Shown here piece by piece: positions 63,966-64,000 of a stretch of 64,000 nucleotides of DNA. Position numbers and translations under genes: made by a program. How positions within the stretch are numbered: the first letter of the stretch is position 1; every line of letters begins with the position of its first letter. Location of the stretch: positions 16,988,001-17,052,000 of the forward strand of contig CM114271.1 in assembly GCA_050084515.1 (NCBI GenBank), in the 5' to 3' direction. Source of the stretch: Blasia pusilla. Lineage: Eukaryota. The notes beneath the pieces are model-generated. The model saw only the letters and a program-made list of their open reading frames with translations. It was not told the DNA's origin and searched no databases.

Positions 63966-64000
63966 TGGCATGGAGAGAGTGATGAGGAGTCAGTGCCAGG

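Larger units (their letters stand above)
59165..64000 (+). mobile_element. Ty3/gypsy LTR retrotransposon (degenerate, runs off window) with PR - C5-MTase - RT - RNase H order
   Basis: Begins TGTCA at the copia break point; LTR-like non-coding stretch to ~59630; gag not recognisable (probably deleted); protease, methyltransferase, RT and RNase H motifs all on + strand. Confidence 0.92.

Overview
Eukaryotic plant nuclear DNA, most likely a liverwort (inferred from the strong Marchantia-like class C ARF sequence). Two intact-looking spliced genes lie on the + strand: mitochondrial cytochrome c oxidase subunit 6a (1413-5638, 4 exons) and a class C auxin response factor with a miR160 site (47365-50271, 3 coding exons). 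Between them is a ~41 kb gene-free, AT-rich tract of decayed transposons: hAT-type MITEs, a PIF1-helicase (Helitron-like) relic, a ~1 kb degenerate inverted repeat and dispersed repeats, plus one isolated CpG-rich non-coding island. The right end holds a Ty1/copia relic interrupted by a Ty3/gypsy element. That gypsy element carries a full set of C5 DNA cytosine methyltransferase motifs between its protease and reverse transcriptase, which is the most notable signal in the window. Second highlight: a LINE in COX6a intron 1 has two short antisense copies of its own family's 3' end inserted at exactly the same site, just downstream of the RT catalytic DD. All calls are from manual reading; no database searches were run.
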